Shown: piece after piece, positions 46,785 to 54,386 of the stretch
How the letters are laid out: each line of letters starts with the position of its first letter
Position numbering within the stretch: position 1 is the first letter of the stretch
NCBI GenBank assembly: GCA_045644045.1
Contig: JAZRGD010000087.1
Coordinates: forward strand, 499 to 64,498
Length of the DNA stretch: 64,000 bases
Origin: Eubacteriales bacterium
GTDB lineage: Bacteria; Bacillota; Clostridia; Oscillospirales; CAG-272
Direction: 5' to 3'
Translations under genes and position numbers: made by a program
The notes under the pieces: generated by a model
Databases searched by the model: none
Seen by the model: the letters and a program-made list of their open reading frames with translations, nothing else
What the model was told of the DNA's origin: nothing

Positions 46785-46820
46785 GCCACCCTCGCGGAAG
46801 CGCCGCAAGGGTGGCTTTTC
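46785..46820 (+). terminator. Rho-independent terminator of giant gene A
   Basis: GCCACCCT...AGGGTGGC (8 bp) plus an inner GCGG/CCGC (4 bp), followed by TTTTCTGT. Confidence 0.7.
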
Positions 46821-47002
46821 TGTATGCGCGCGCCTTGGGGATATCCGTGCTTTCCCTTACGGGAGAGGGCGGGGGTAAGCTTCTCTCCGTCTCCGACGTG
46901 TGCGTCCGCGTGCCCGAAAGGGAGACCTTCAAGGTGCAAGAGTTGCATCTTCCCGTCTATCATTATCTCTGCGCCGCGGTGGAGGCGCGCTTCTTCGGAT
47001 GA
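46811..47002 (+). pseudogene. gmhA: 3' fragment of a SIS-domain phosphoheptose isomerase (gmhA-like)
   Basis: Encodes ...ARALGISVLSLTGEGGGKLLSVSDVCVRVPERETFKVQELHLPVYHYLCAAVEARF*. This aligns by eye with the C-terminal third of GmhA (..VITLTGKDGGK..ADIEIRVP...IQEIHIKVIHILIQLIE). The first two-thirds of the gene are absent, and the homology begins inside the terminator of gene A. Confidence 0.65.
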
Positions 47003-47050
47003 GTCTCAAGGACCCTCGCGCGCGTCGGGGATCTCTTTCTTTTTGGGGTA

Positions 47051-47079
47051 TTGACAAGCGGTAACTTTTATGCTATAAT
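47051..47079 (+). promoter_or_regulatory. consensus sigma-A promoter of giant gene B
   Basis: TTGACA-17 nt-TATAAT, exact consensus, about 160 nt upstream of the ATG. Confidence 0.55.
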
Positions 47080-47143
47080 TTGCTTACCGCGGTAGAAGGC
47101 GTGGATCGATTCCGGCCCGACGCAAAAGTGCAGAGAAGTGGAG

Positions 47144-47190
47144 ACGCACGAAACGAGAACGAAAGGCTCTTGTTTGCGTGCGCTTTTTTT
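47144..47190 (+). terminator. terminator-like hairpin inside the 5' leader of giant gene B (candidate attenuator)
   Basis: CGCACGAAAC-GAG..CTC-GTTT(G)CGTGCG stem (10 bp with one bulge, plus an inner GAG/CTC), followed by C and T7. It lies between the promoter and the RBS. Confidence 0.45.
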
Positions 47191-47245
47191 ATCCCGTTTG
47201 ACAGCCGAAGCGGTAAGAATTTGTTAAAGAAACGAGGAAAAGCAT

Positions 47246-50200
47246 ATGAAAAAAAGAGTGCTTAGTCTGCTTTTGTTGCTCAGCACCGTTCTGTCTCTGT
47301 TTCCTGTCGCCGTCCTTTCGGCGGAGGAGACCCTGCCAAAGGATGAGACGCAGAGCGTCTCGACGGAGACGGCGCCCACGGGGACGAACGGCTTTACCGC
47401 CTACGACGCTCTGTACGTGGGCGCGGACGGCGCGAAGACGGCTAACGGCGGTAGCCTCATCGGCCTTTATACCGCCTATGGCGACGACGCTACCGTGGAT
47501 CTGACGAATAAAAAATGGAAAAACAAGATGGACGCCACGGGAGCGACGGATATCGTTTTGCGCGACACCCTCGGCGCCGTGGATTTTGTGAAGGAAACGA
47601 GCGGCTTCGGCTATCACCTGACCGCCAAGACCAATACGGAATACGCGGGACAGTGCAAGCCCATCGGCTTGAATCTTCCCGACGCTTGGGCGGCGCTTGC
47701 CCAATTCACGGTAGAGCACAGCGCAAGGCTTGATATGATCGACGCGGACGCTTGCTATGCTTATAACGTGGGCGCTGTCCGTCTGGATCTGCTTCAAGGC
47801 CTTTGGATGCCCTCGGGCTATAATCTGATCAAAAACGACAGCTATTGTATGCGTTGGAGCATTACGGGCAAGCTGGGCTATACCAACGAGTACGCCGGTA
47901 GCCAGGAGTACGCTTACAGAAAGGCCTATGAGTCCGCGGGCGAGGAAATGGGCATCGTTGCCTCCTATACCAAGAGTGTGAGCGGCGCGGGTAAGGTCAG
48001 CTATCTGATCTCTTATAACACGGGGGTGTCCTACGCTTCCGCCAAGACCTATACGGTGGCCGAGCTGGATGCCATGCGCGCCGACGCCAAGAACGACGTT
48101 CCCGCCTTTTCTCTCTTCAACGGTATGGGCGGCGTCTTTTACGCCGTTCGCGTGTACGACGCACCCTTGACCGAGGCGGAAAAGAAGCAGAACGCGCTCG
48201 TTGATATTCTTGCCTATCACGGTATTGACCCTTCAAAGTACACGACTTTGGGGGCAGGCATCCGCACGGTGCTCGCGGAAAACATCAGCACTATGTGCGT
48301 GACGGGGGATAGGAAGGCCGTGGAGTCCACGATGGAATCCTTGATCGCCTCCTTCACCTCCGGCGTGGATCCCGAGGACACCCTGTACGTGACGAACGGC
48401 CTCACCTTCCTTGCCACCGCTTATATCGGTCTTTCTACCGGCTCTTACGACGCGGCGGGGACTATCAACTGGTTGAATGCCGTTGACCCCTCGGAGTTCG
48501 TTGCCCTGCGCGGCGGCTTTGCCGAGAACGAGGCGGGCGGCTATACCGTTGTCAAGGATCTCGCCGCCTATAAGGCCGACAGCGGCTTCGGTATGTACTT
48601 GCCCGCTACCGCCCTGCCGAGAAAGGACTACACCGTAGAGTTCGTATATAATCCCGTTGGCATTTCCACGACGGATGAAAACGGCGCGCTTGCGCGTTAC
48701 GTGGACGATGTGAGTCCCACGGGCACCCATCATAATATCAGCATTGCCATCGGACCGCTCCGCGCTTTGCAGTTTGCCTGCTATCGACCCACGGGTAAGG
48801 ACGGACAGATGGAAAGACGCTGGTACTACACCGAAAGCGGCACCATCAGCAGTCTTGGCTACAAGTACCATCACGCGGATACCGCGTGGAAGGGGCTGGG
48901 GCTTCACGACGTCATGAGCTATTCCATCGCCCATAGCCTGATAGACGATGCCTCTAAGTATCTCTTTTACAGCAACGCGAGTCATATCAGCACCTACGAT
49001 ATTGACAAGGGCACTTACCGCACGCCCGAGCAATCGGGCAATATGTTCCAGCTTCTGGTGGGACTGGCGGGCACGGCATATTCCGTCCGTGTGTATGACC
49101 GCGCCTTGAGTCGGAACGAGCTTTTGCAAAACCGCTTTGCCGATCTGGTCTACTTCTACGACATCGATGTGGGTGTTCTGGAAGGGTACATCAAGGATCT
49201 GGGGGATGCCGCAGACGTTCTGTATGCCGCCTACGCCGATATGTCCTTTACCATGACCAAGAAGGAGGCGGCCGCGTACTTCGCGAAGCAGCTGGCCGCC
49301 ATTTGGGTAGGCTATGAGGGGCTTGGCGTGCGCAAGGGCGCCGAGGACGGCATTCGCTATTACTTCAAGTGGAACGGCGACGCCGCCGGCGCTATGGCGC
49401 AAAACGGCTTTGCCGTGGAGATCGGCGCCGTTGTCAACGTGGGCAAAAACGAGTTGCCCCTGTTGACGGGTGAAAACTACGATTATAGGATCGTGGGCTA
49501 CGACTCCGTTTCAGGGCGTAACACCTCCTTCTTTGTGGATGACGACACCTTTGCGGTCACCGTCCTTTACGACAACGTGGAAAAGAAGGTTGGCTTGACA
49601 AACGTGCTTGTTCGCGGCTACGTGAAGCTCAAGGCCGCCGACGGCACGGAGACGGTGTACTACAAGGACCTGGCAAATGATACCCTCGACCCTTCTACCC
49701 TTTTCGGCGTATACGAGCATATGAAGGGCAAGGATACGGTGCGCGCCAGCGCGGATACGTACAGCCGTATTCAATCAGCCGTTGAAAAATGCTATGAAAA
49801 AGTGACTGTTTACGTGGATGCCGCCGCAAAGGCAGACGGAAACGGAAGTAAGGATACCCCCTATCGCGGCTTTGCGCAGGGACTTGTGAAATGTAAAGAA
49901 CTGTTGGCAAAAGCGAACACTCCCACCCGCGTGATCCTTTTGCTGGCGGACGGAGAGTACGGTGTTTACGAAACCCAAACGATTAAGGGCGATGAGATGC
50001 CCTATCGCTACGGCCTTTTGGAGATTACCTCGGCGAACGGAAAGAGCACCTTGACCACCACGAAAAATATCAACAAGAGCTTTACCGAATACGCCGATAA
50101 CGTCTGGGTGTGTCAGCTTGACAAGGAGGCGGACGGCTCTTACCCTTGCTTCCGCTATCTCTACGTGGATGGGAAAATGGCGGACTTGTCTTATTCGGGC

Positions 50201-52417
50201 GGTCGCTTCTCCTATGACGAGGACACGCACACTACCGTTTACGAGCGTACCTACGACGGACCTTGGGGCAGGGCGTACCAGCTGTACCGAGCGGGGCGTC
50301 TGACGGCTGACAGTAAGGCCGATTATCCCTCCTCTCGTCCCGACCTGATCGCTTCCTTTGAACGGTATAAGATCAAGTTCCTCGCCCTGATGGAAATGGA
50401 AGAGCAGGTCAGCACGGGCACCTTGAATCTGCAGTCCACCTGTTCCTCCGCGGATGAGGTCTTTGTGGAGGCGTACGAAAGCTATAAGCTTCGCCATCTG
50501 GTTATTTCTGATCTGAAAGGGCAGTATAACCGCTTGACGGGTAGCGCCTCTGCCAAAAAGACGGCGTTTAAGTCCGTAGAGCCGAAGACCTATCCCGACG
50601 ACGAGGCCTACAGAGCGGCGTTTATTTCCCTACGCGATACCATCGCCGCGCTCCAGACCATCGACTTCGATCCTTATTTGCCTATGGTAGAGACCACCGC
50701 GCGGGCGGAGGCAAAGTATTATCTCCATGAGGAGATCGTGGGAGACCTGCGCGAGGCGATGGAGGCGGGCAGAAAGAGAAATATGGTCGCCTACAACGAT
50801 CTGTTGGCAAAGTATATCGCCGCCGACGCGGCGGGCAAAGCGGCGCTGGAGGACGGGTTGGTTCTTGCCGCCGAGAAGATCGCGGATGAGACTTGGTTCC
50901 GCTACGCCTTGGAGGACTACGGCCCCGAAATGCATCTGGCAGGGCAGTGGTGGTACAACATCATCCATCTGGCGGGCGTGGATTACGACGACACCGTGAC
51001 AGACAACAACGGCGACGTTCACGTGGCGGTCTACCTTGAAAAGGACGAGTACCGCAACTATTACGTTCATCAAAACTACGCCATGACAGGCAGATACGTA
51101 CATATGAAGGGCGCCCTTTCCTACGTGGATTCCGAGGGTGAGTTCTATTACGATCACTACACGGGCAAGGTGTACTATTACAGCGAAAGCGGCGTGAAGG
51201 ATAAGACCTTCGCGCGCGCCACCAACGATTATATGCTATACATCGACGGTGCCGCCGGTATCACCGTCTCCAACCTGCGCTTCACGGGTATGGACGACGA
51301 CTTCCTCTCCCACAACGACGGCTGTATGAATGTGGGCACCGAAGGCGGTATGGGCGAGCTTCTCAACGACGGTTCGGACGGTTGGAGTCAGAGTGCCTTT
51401 GACCGCTCTGCCATTTTGATGGACGATTGCTTCGGCCTTACCGTAACGGATTGCACCTTCGAGGAGCTGGGCGCTCGCGCCATTTTCGGCAGAGGTAAGC
51501 TGGAAAACCTGATCTTTGAGAGCAACACCTTCGTGAGATTGGGCGGCAGTGCCATTCACTTGGGCGACGCCACTAAGGAAAAGCTTTGGAAGAAAGAAAA
51601 AAACTATATCGAGAACGTCCTGGTCACCGACAACTACGTTCATGACGTGGCGAGAGAGTATTACAACGCCGCGGCCATCTGGCTCAACCTGGGTAAGGAT
51701 GTGACCATCACCCACAATACAGTGGACAAATGCTCTTACAGCGGCATTTGCGTCGGATATACCTTCAATAACACCACTTGGATTCCCGGTGACATCTTCC
51801 ATATGTATAACGTGGAGATCGCGTATAACTACATCGCGAACTTTATGCACGAGATCGGTGACGGCGGTGCCATCTACCTGACCGGCTGTAACGCCGACGC
51901 GGCGTACACCGAGCTGTTTAACCTCGTTCATCACAATTACGTGATGATGACCAACAATACGGGTAACGGTCTCGGCCATATGCTGGTGGGTATCTACTTT
52001 GACGGATCTACTTCCAACTGGAAGTGCTACGAAAACGTAGTGGTAGAGCAGTCCTATGGCGCGGTGAAGGGGGAGAATGACGACCTGTTCGCGGAGGGAG
52101 ACCCCTATACCGTGGCACTTCGTAAACGCTACAGCGGCACCACCTTTATCTACGTGCAGCACATTTCCAGCCAGCTTACCCACAATATCTTGTGCGACAA
52201 CAACTATATTCTGAACGTGCGCGCCACCGATCCTGCCTTGCAGCAGAAGGAGGTCTACAAGACCTATATCGTGGCTGCCCGTAACATTAAGGAGACCAAT
52301 ACACGTTACGTAAACGGTATCGACCGTACCCCCATCGGCGCGGAGGATATCATTTACGCCGCAGGCTCTTACGGACACGAGGGCGATCCCTACGTGCTCT
52401 ACGATAACAATTACTAA
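47246..52417 (+). CDS. giant secreted protein B (paralogue of A)
   Basis: 1723 aa. Signal peptide MKKRVLSLLLLLSTVLSLFPVAVLSA. Colinear with A throughout. Module ends FYAVRVYDAPLTEAEK (nt 48140) and YSVRVYDRALSRNELLQNR. Cap DGNGSKDTPYRGF. PbH1 repeats present. The C-terminus HEGDPYVLYDNNY is identical to that of A. Confidence 0.85.
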   Translation: MKKRVLSLLLLLSTVLSLFPVAVLSAEETLPKDETQSVSTETAPTGTNGFTAYDALYVGADGAKTANGGSLIGLYTAYGDDATVDLTNKKWKNKMDATGATDIVLRDTLGAVDFVKETSGFGYHLTAKTNTEYAGQCKPIGLNLPDAWAALAQFTVEHSARLDMIDADACYAYNVGAVRLDLLQGLWMPSGYNLIKNDSYCMRWSITGKLGYTNEYAGSQEYAYRKAYESAGEEMGIVASYTKSVSGAGKVSYLISYNTGVSYASAKTYTVAELDAMRADAKNDVPAFSLFNGMGGVFYAVRVYDAPLTEAEKKQNALVDILAYHGIDPSKYTTLGAGIRTVLAENISTMCVTGDRKAVESTMESLIASFTSGVDPEDTLYVTNGLTFLATAYIGLSTGSYDAAGTINWLNAVDPSEFVALRGGFAENEAGGYTVVKDLAAYKADSGFGMYLPATALPRKDYTVEFVYNPVGISTTDENGALARYVDDVSPTGTHHNISIAIGPLRALQFACYRPTGKDGQMERRWYYTESGTISSLGYKYHHADTAWKGLGLHDVMSYSIAHSLIDDASKYLFYSNASHISTYDIDKGTYRTPEQSGNMFQLLVGLAGTAYSVRVYDRALSRNELLQNRFADLVYFYDIDVGVLEGYIKDLGDAADVLYAAYADMSFTMTKKEAAAYFAKQLAAIWVGYEGLGVRKGAEDGIRYYFKWNGDAAGAMAQNGFAVEIGAVVNVGKNELPLLTGENYDYRIVGYDSVSGRNTSFFVDDDTFAVTVLYDNVEKKVGLTNVLVRGYVKLKAADGTETVYYKDLANDTLDPSTLFGVYEHMKGKDTVRASADTYSRIQSAVEKCYEKVTVYVDAAAKADGNGSKDTPYRGFAQGLVKCKELLAKANTPTRVILLLADGEYGVYETQTIKGDEMPYRYGLLEITSANGKSTLTTTKNINKSFTEYADNVWVCQLDKEADGSYPCFRYLYVDGKMADLSYSGGRFSYDEDTHTTVYERTYDGPWGRAYQLYRAGRLTADSKADYPSSRPDLIASFERYKIKFLALMEMEEQVSTGTLNLQSTCSSADEVFVEAYESYKLRHLVISDLKGQYNRLTGSASAKKTAFKSVEPKTYPDDEAYRAAFISLRDTIAALQTIDFDPYLPMVETTARAEAKYYLHEEIVGDLREAMEAGRKRNMVAYNDLLAKYIAADAAGKAALEDGLVLAAEKIADETWFRYALEDYGPEMHLAGQWWYNIIHLAGVDYDDTVTDNNGDVHVAVYLEKDEYRNYYVHQNYAMTGRYVHMKGALSYVDSEGEFYYDHYTGKVYYYSESGVKDKTFARATNDYMLYIDGAAGITVSNLRFTGMDDDFLSHNDGCMNVGTEGGMGELLNDGSDGWSQSAFDRSAILMDDCFGLTVTDCTFEELGARAIFGRGKLENLIFESNTFVRLGGSAIHLGDATKEKLWKKEKNYIENVLVTDNYVHDVAREYYNAAAIWLNLGKDVTITHNTVDKCSYSGICVGYTFNNTTWIPGDIFHMYNVEIAYNYIANFMHEIGDGGAIYLTGCNADAAYTELFNLVHHNYVMMTNNTGNGLGHMLVGIYFDGSTSNWKCYENVVVEQSYGAVKGENDDLFAEGDPYTVALRKRYSGTTFIYVQHISSQLTHNILCDNNYILNVRATDPALQQKEVYKTYIVAARNIKETNTRYVNGIDRTPIGAEDIIYAAGSYGHEGDPYVLYDNNY

Positions 52418-52421
52418 TAGC

Positions 52422-52460
52422 AAAATCGCTCCACGGCAATGCCGTGGAGCGATTTTTTTT
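52422..52460. terminator. strong bidirectional terminator
   Basis: AAAATCGCTCCACGGC-aat-GCCGTGGAGCGATTTTTTTT. Confidence 0.8.
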
Positions 52461-52467
52461 ATGTAAG

Positions 52468-53067
52468 TTATCTTTCGCTATCTATCAATACAGCTCTGCA
52501 AGGAGAGCCATCCGCACCCGCTAAATTCAAGGGAGCAGAATTCAAAAAATAAACGCCTTCCGAAACCTCTCTCAAACGAATTCCCTCAAGCAAAATAACA
52601 TTAGCAGACAATAGAGCAAGATGCACCGCCATTGGCGCATTTTGTGGACCGACCGTCTGAGGCTCATTTCCCAAAAGTAAAATGTTTGAAGAGGCAAATA
52701 CCCTTGATGCCTCTAGTGATACTTCGACGTCTCCTTTGATGAGAATTCTTTTTGCCGCTTCAGGATCATGCTTTTTCGCTTTTTCGATTATTTCCATAGC
52801 ATCACTCTCGGTAACAACCCCACTATGCTCTGCCACGTAAGTCATTCCGATAAATGCCTCTAAAGGTATCTCATCCACGGTTTTTCCGTCTTTCATAAAA
52901 TGATGCGGCGCATCTATATGAGTGCCGTTGTGCGCGCACATGCTAAATGCCGTCAAATTATATAGTTCGCCTTTTTCCATTGAGTTGAGTTCTTTTTTCT
53001 TTGGCGTCGGATCACCCGGATACACCTGACAACCGAAAACTTCTTGTGAAATATCGTAGATTTTCAT
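52468..53067 (-). CDS. cyclase family protein (arylformamidase/kynurenine formamidase-like)
   Basis: HNGTHIDAPHHF metal-binding motif; 199 aa. Two hand-counted lines give 40-47% GC. Confidence 0.8.
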   Translation of the reverse strand: MKIYDISQEVFGCQVYPGDPTPKKKELNSMEKGELYNLTAFSMCAHNGTHIDAPHHFMKDGKTVDEIPLEAFIGMTYVAEHSGVVTESDAMEIIEKAKKHDPEAAKRILIKGDVEVSLEASRVFASSNILLLGNEPQTVGPQNAPMAVHLALLSANVILLEGIRLREVSEGVYFLNSAPLNLAGADGSPCRAVLIDSER

Positions 53068-53237
53068 TCGTTTTTCTCCATCAAATTCTCATTTTTCGGT
53101 GAGTTTATTATATCACACTACAGAATGCCGTTCCCATCAATGGAAGATTTTTGGCAAAAAAAGAAGATAGCCGGTCTTCCACAAGGGAATTAGAGTTAGG
53201 AGATAAATCCCTCTCCACCACAACTATCGCTAATGTA

Positions 53238-53266
53238 AGTATAGCAGAATTTCTCGAAATTGTCAA
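53238..53266 (-). promoter_or_regulatory. consensus-like sigma-A promoter, about 165 nt upstream of the cyclase gene
   Basis: Minus strand reads TTGACA-17 nt-TATACT. About 50 nt downstream is a weak hairpin (GGAAGA/UCUUCU) followed by U8 (53152..53180). Confidence 0.5.
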
Positions 53267-53347
53267 GAGCTCCCACCAAAACGCTCGCGGAGCAACCTGC
53301 GCGCGGCTCGCTTGTGCAAGCACAGACTCGCTCGTGCTTGGTTATCT

Positions 53348-53378
53348 GCGCCGTCCCTTGCGGTGCAAGGGACGGCGC
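53348..53378. repeat. perfect 14-bp-stem palindromic hairpin within a GC-rich hairpin cluster
   Basis: GCGCCGTCCCTTGC-ggt-GCAAGGGACGGCGC. Neighbouring small hairpins are GCTTG-tg-CAAGC (53310) and GGTGG-tcaaagc-CCACC (53381). No flanking T-run. Confidence 0.8.
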
Positions 53379-53404
53379 AAGGGTGGTCAAAGCCCACCTC
53401 TGCC

Positions 53405-53440
53405 AAAAAAGAAGACCACCCGAAGGCGGTCTTCTTTTTT
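53405..53440. terminator. bidirectional terminator
   Basis: AAAAAAGAAGACC...GGTCTTCTTTTTT, downstream of the 53483 gene on the minus strand. Confidence 0.7.
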
Positions 53441-53482
53441 GGCTAATGACTGTAATTTTGATACAAACCGTGGGTTTCGACA

Positions 53483-53956
53483 TCAAATAATCATCAAAAG
53501 TGCCAAAACAAATGCAATTAACACAGTTACCACAAATGTACCTATTCCGATTAGCAGCTTGGTTAGTAACGATTTTGCGTTCTTCATAAACAACAGCGAG
53601 GTTATTAAACCAATGCCGCCTAAAGCACCTCCGATTGCACCGCCAACAACCGGGAAAATAGAACAAAGAGCTACACTATTGCCCCAAGTTAACAAAAAGA
53701 TAAGCGGAAGAACAGCCAAAACAACTTCATACCACTTCGGTTTTGGAGAAACTTCAATAATATCATTGTCGATCTGCAATTTTAAACCCATAAGGCTGCT
53801 TCCTATTATAACGACTTTTTTCCCTTCCGCCGTAAACTCTTTCTTCGAAACCGGTTGGGCGTCAACTCCGTTTATCGTCAACGTCTTTTTTCCGGTCCAA
53901 AAGCTTTCGTTGTAAACGATCTCGCCGTAAATGGGATGTTGAACAAACTCTTTCAT
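53483..53956 (-). CDS. hypothetical membrane protein
   Basis: 157 aa. A soluble N-terminal roughly 75 aa followed by three predicted TM helices. RBS AAAGGAGAAG. AT-rich. No family recognised. Confidence 0.6.
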   Translation of the reverse strand: MKEFVQHPIYGEIVYNESFWTGKKTLTINGVDAQPVSKKEFTAEGKKVVIIGSSLMGLKLQIDNDIIEVSPKPKWYEVVLAVLPLIFLLTWGNSVALCSIFPVVGGAIGGALGGIGLITSLLFMKNAKSLLTKLLIGIGTFVVTVLIAFVLALLMII

Positions 53957-54003
53957 AGTACTTCTCCTTTTGTTATATTAAATTGAACTACGTTGCTATA
54001 TTT

Positions 54004-54032
54004 ATTGTACCACAAACAGGAATGTTTGTCAA
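54004..54032 (-). promoter_or_regulatory. putative sigma-A promoter of the membrane-protein gene
   Basis: Minus strand reads TTGACA-17 nt-TACAAT with a TGG extended -10 element. Confidence 0.5.
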
Positions 54033-54040
54033 TAAAAATA

Positions 54041-54077
54041 AAAACCGCAACTCTTTTGTATCAGAATTGCGGTTTTT
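54041..54077 (-). terminator. terminator downstream of tRNA-Ser
   Basis: AAAACCGCAA...TTGCGGTTTT stem with a 16-nt loop. A T-run follows on the minus strand. Confidence 0.6.
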
Positions 54078-54080
54078 ATT

Positions 54081-54173
54081 TGGCGGAGAAGGAGGGATTT
54101 GAACCCTCGCGCCGGAAAAACCCGCCCTACATCCTTAGCAGGGACGCCTCTTCGGCCACTTGAGTACTTCTCC
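54081..54173 (-). tRNA. tRNA-Ser (anticodon GCU)
   Basis: Hand-folded cloverleaf. Acceptor stem GGAGAAG/CTTCTCC, D stem CTC/GAG, anticodon loop CT-GCT-AA, a long variable arm, T arm GAGGG-TTCAAAT-CCCTC, discriminator G and an encoded CCA. Total 93 nt. Confidence 0.9.
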
Positions 54174-54205
54174 ATGTGCAAGCGCCGTTTAAAACTTGCC
54201 TTATT

Positions 54206-54234
54206 ATTATACACAAGGACAAGCGAAAAGTCAA
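54206..54234 (-). promoter_or_regulatory. consensus sigma-A promoter of tRNA-Ser
   Basis: Minus strand reads TTGACT-17 nt-TATAAT. The -10 element ends about 32 nt upstream of the mature tRNA 5' end. Confidence 0.55.
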
Positions 54235-54318
54235 GGGGTTTGTGAAAAAATCCGTGTTTTTGCGAAAAAAGTTTGTGATGCGGAGGCGGAAATGAGCGAA
54301 ACACGGAGCGAATGCGGA

Positions 54319-54356
54319 AAAAGGTGCGAAAAACTGCCCTTTTTCGCGGTTTTTTC
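54319..54356 (-). terminator. terminator after the RNHCP gene
   Basis: GCGAAAAA-ctgccc-TTTTTCGC, with T-rich tracts on both strands. Confidence 0.55.
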
Positions 54357-54386
54357 TTTGGAAATTCGCGCTTTAAAATGCGCGGA

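Noticed and set aside
47080-47143. The leader of giant gene B as a c-di-GMP riboswitch (it contains GACGCAAAAG and CCGGCCC).
   Set aside because: The order and context of these words do not fit the GEMM-I architecture as I remember it (GGCAAACC ... GAAA tetraloop ... GGGACGCAAAGCC), nor GEMM-II. I report only the attenuator-like layout. A covariance-model search is needed.
53205-53220. AAATCCCTCTCCACCA resembles the 3' end of the nearby tRNA-Ser (AAATCCCTCCTTCTCCGCCA), so it could be an att-site repeat or a second tRNA.
   Set aside because: It is in the opposite orientation to the tRNA gene, whereas att duplications are direct. It needs a 4-nt gap to align. The upstream 75 nt cannot be folded into a cloverleaf (no TTC loop, no matching acceptor strand).
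52461-54080. The low-GC islet as an active integrative or mobile element.
   Set aside because: I found no integrase, recombinase, transposase or flanking direct repeats. I report it only as a compositionally atypical islet.
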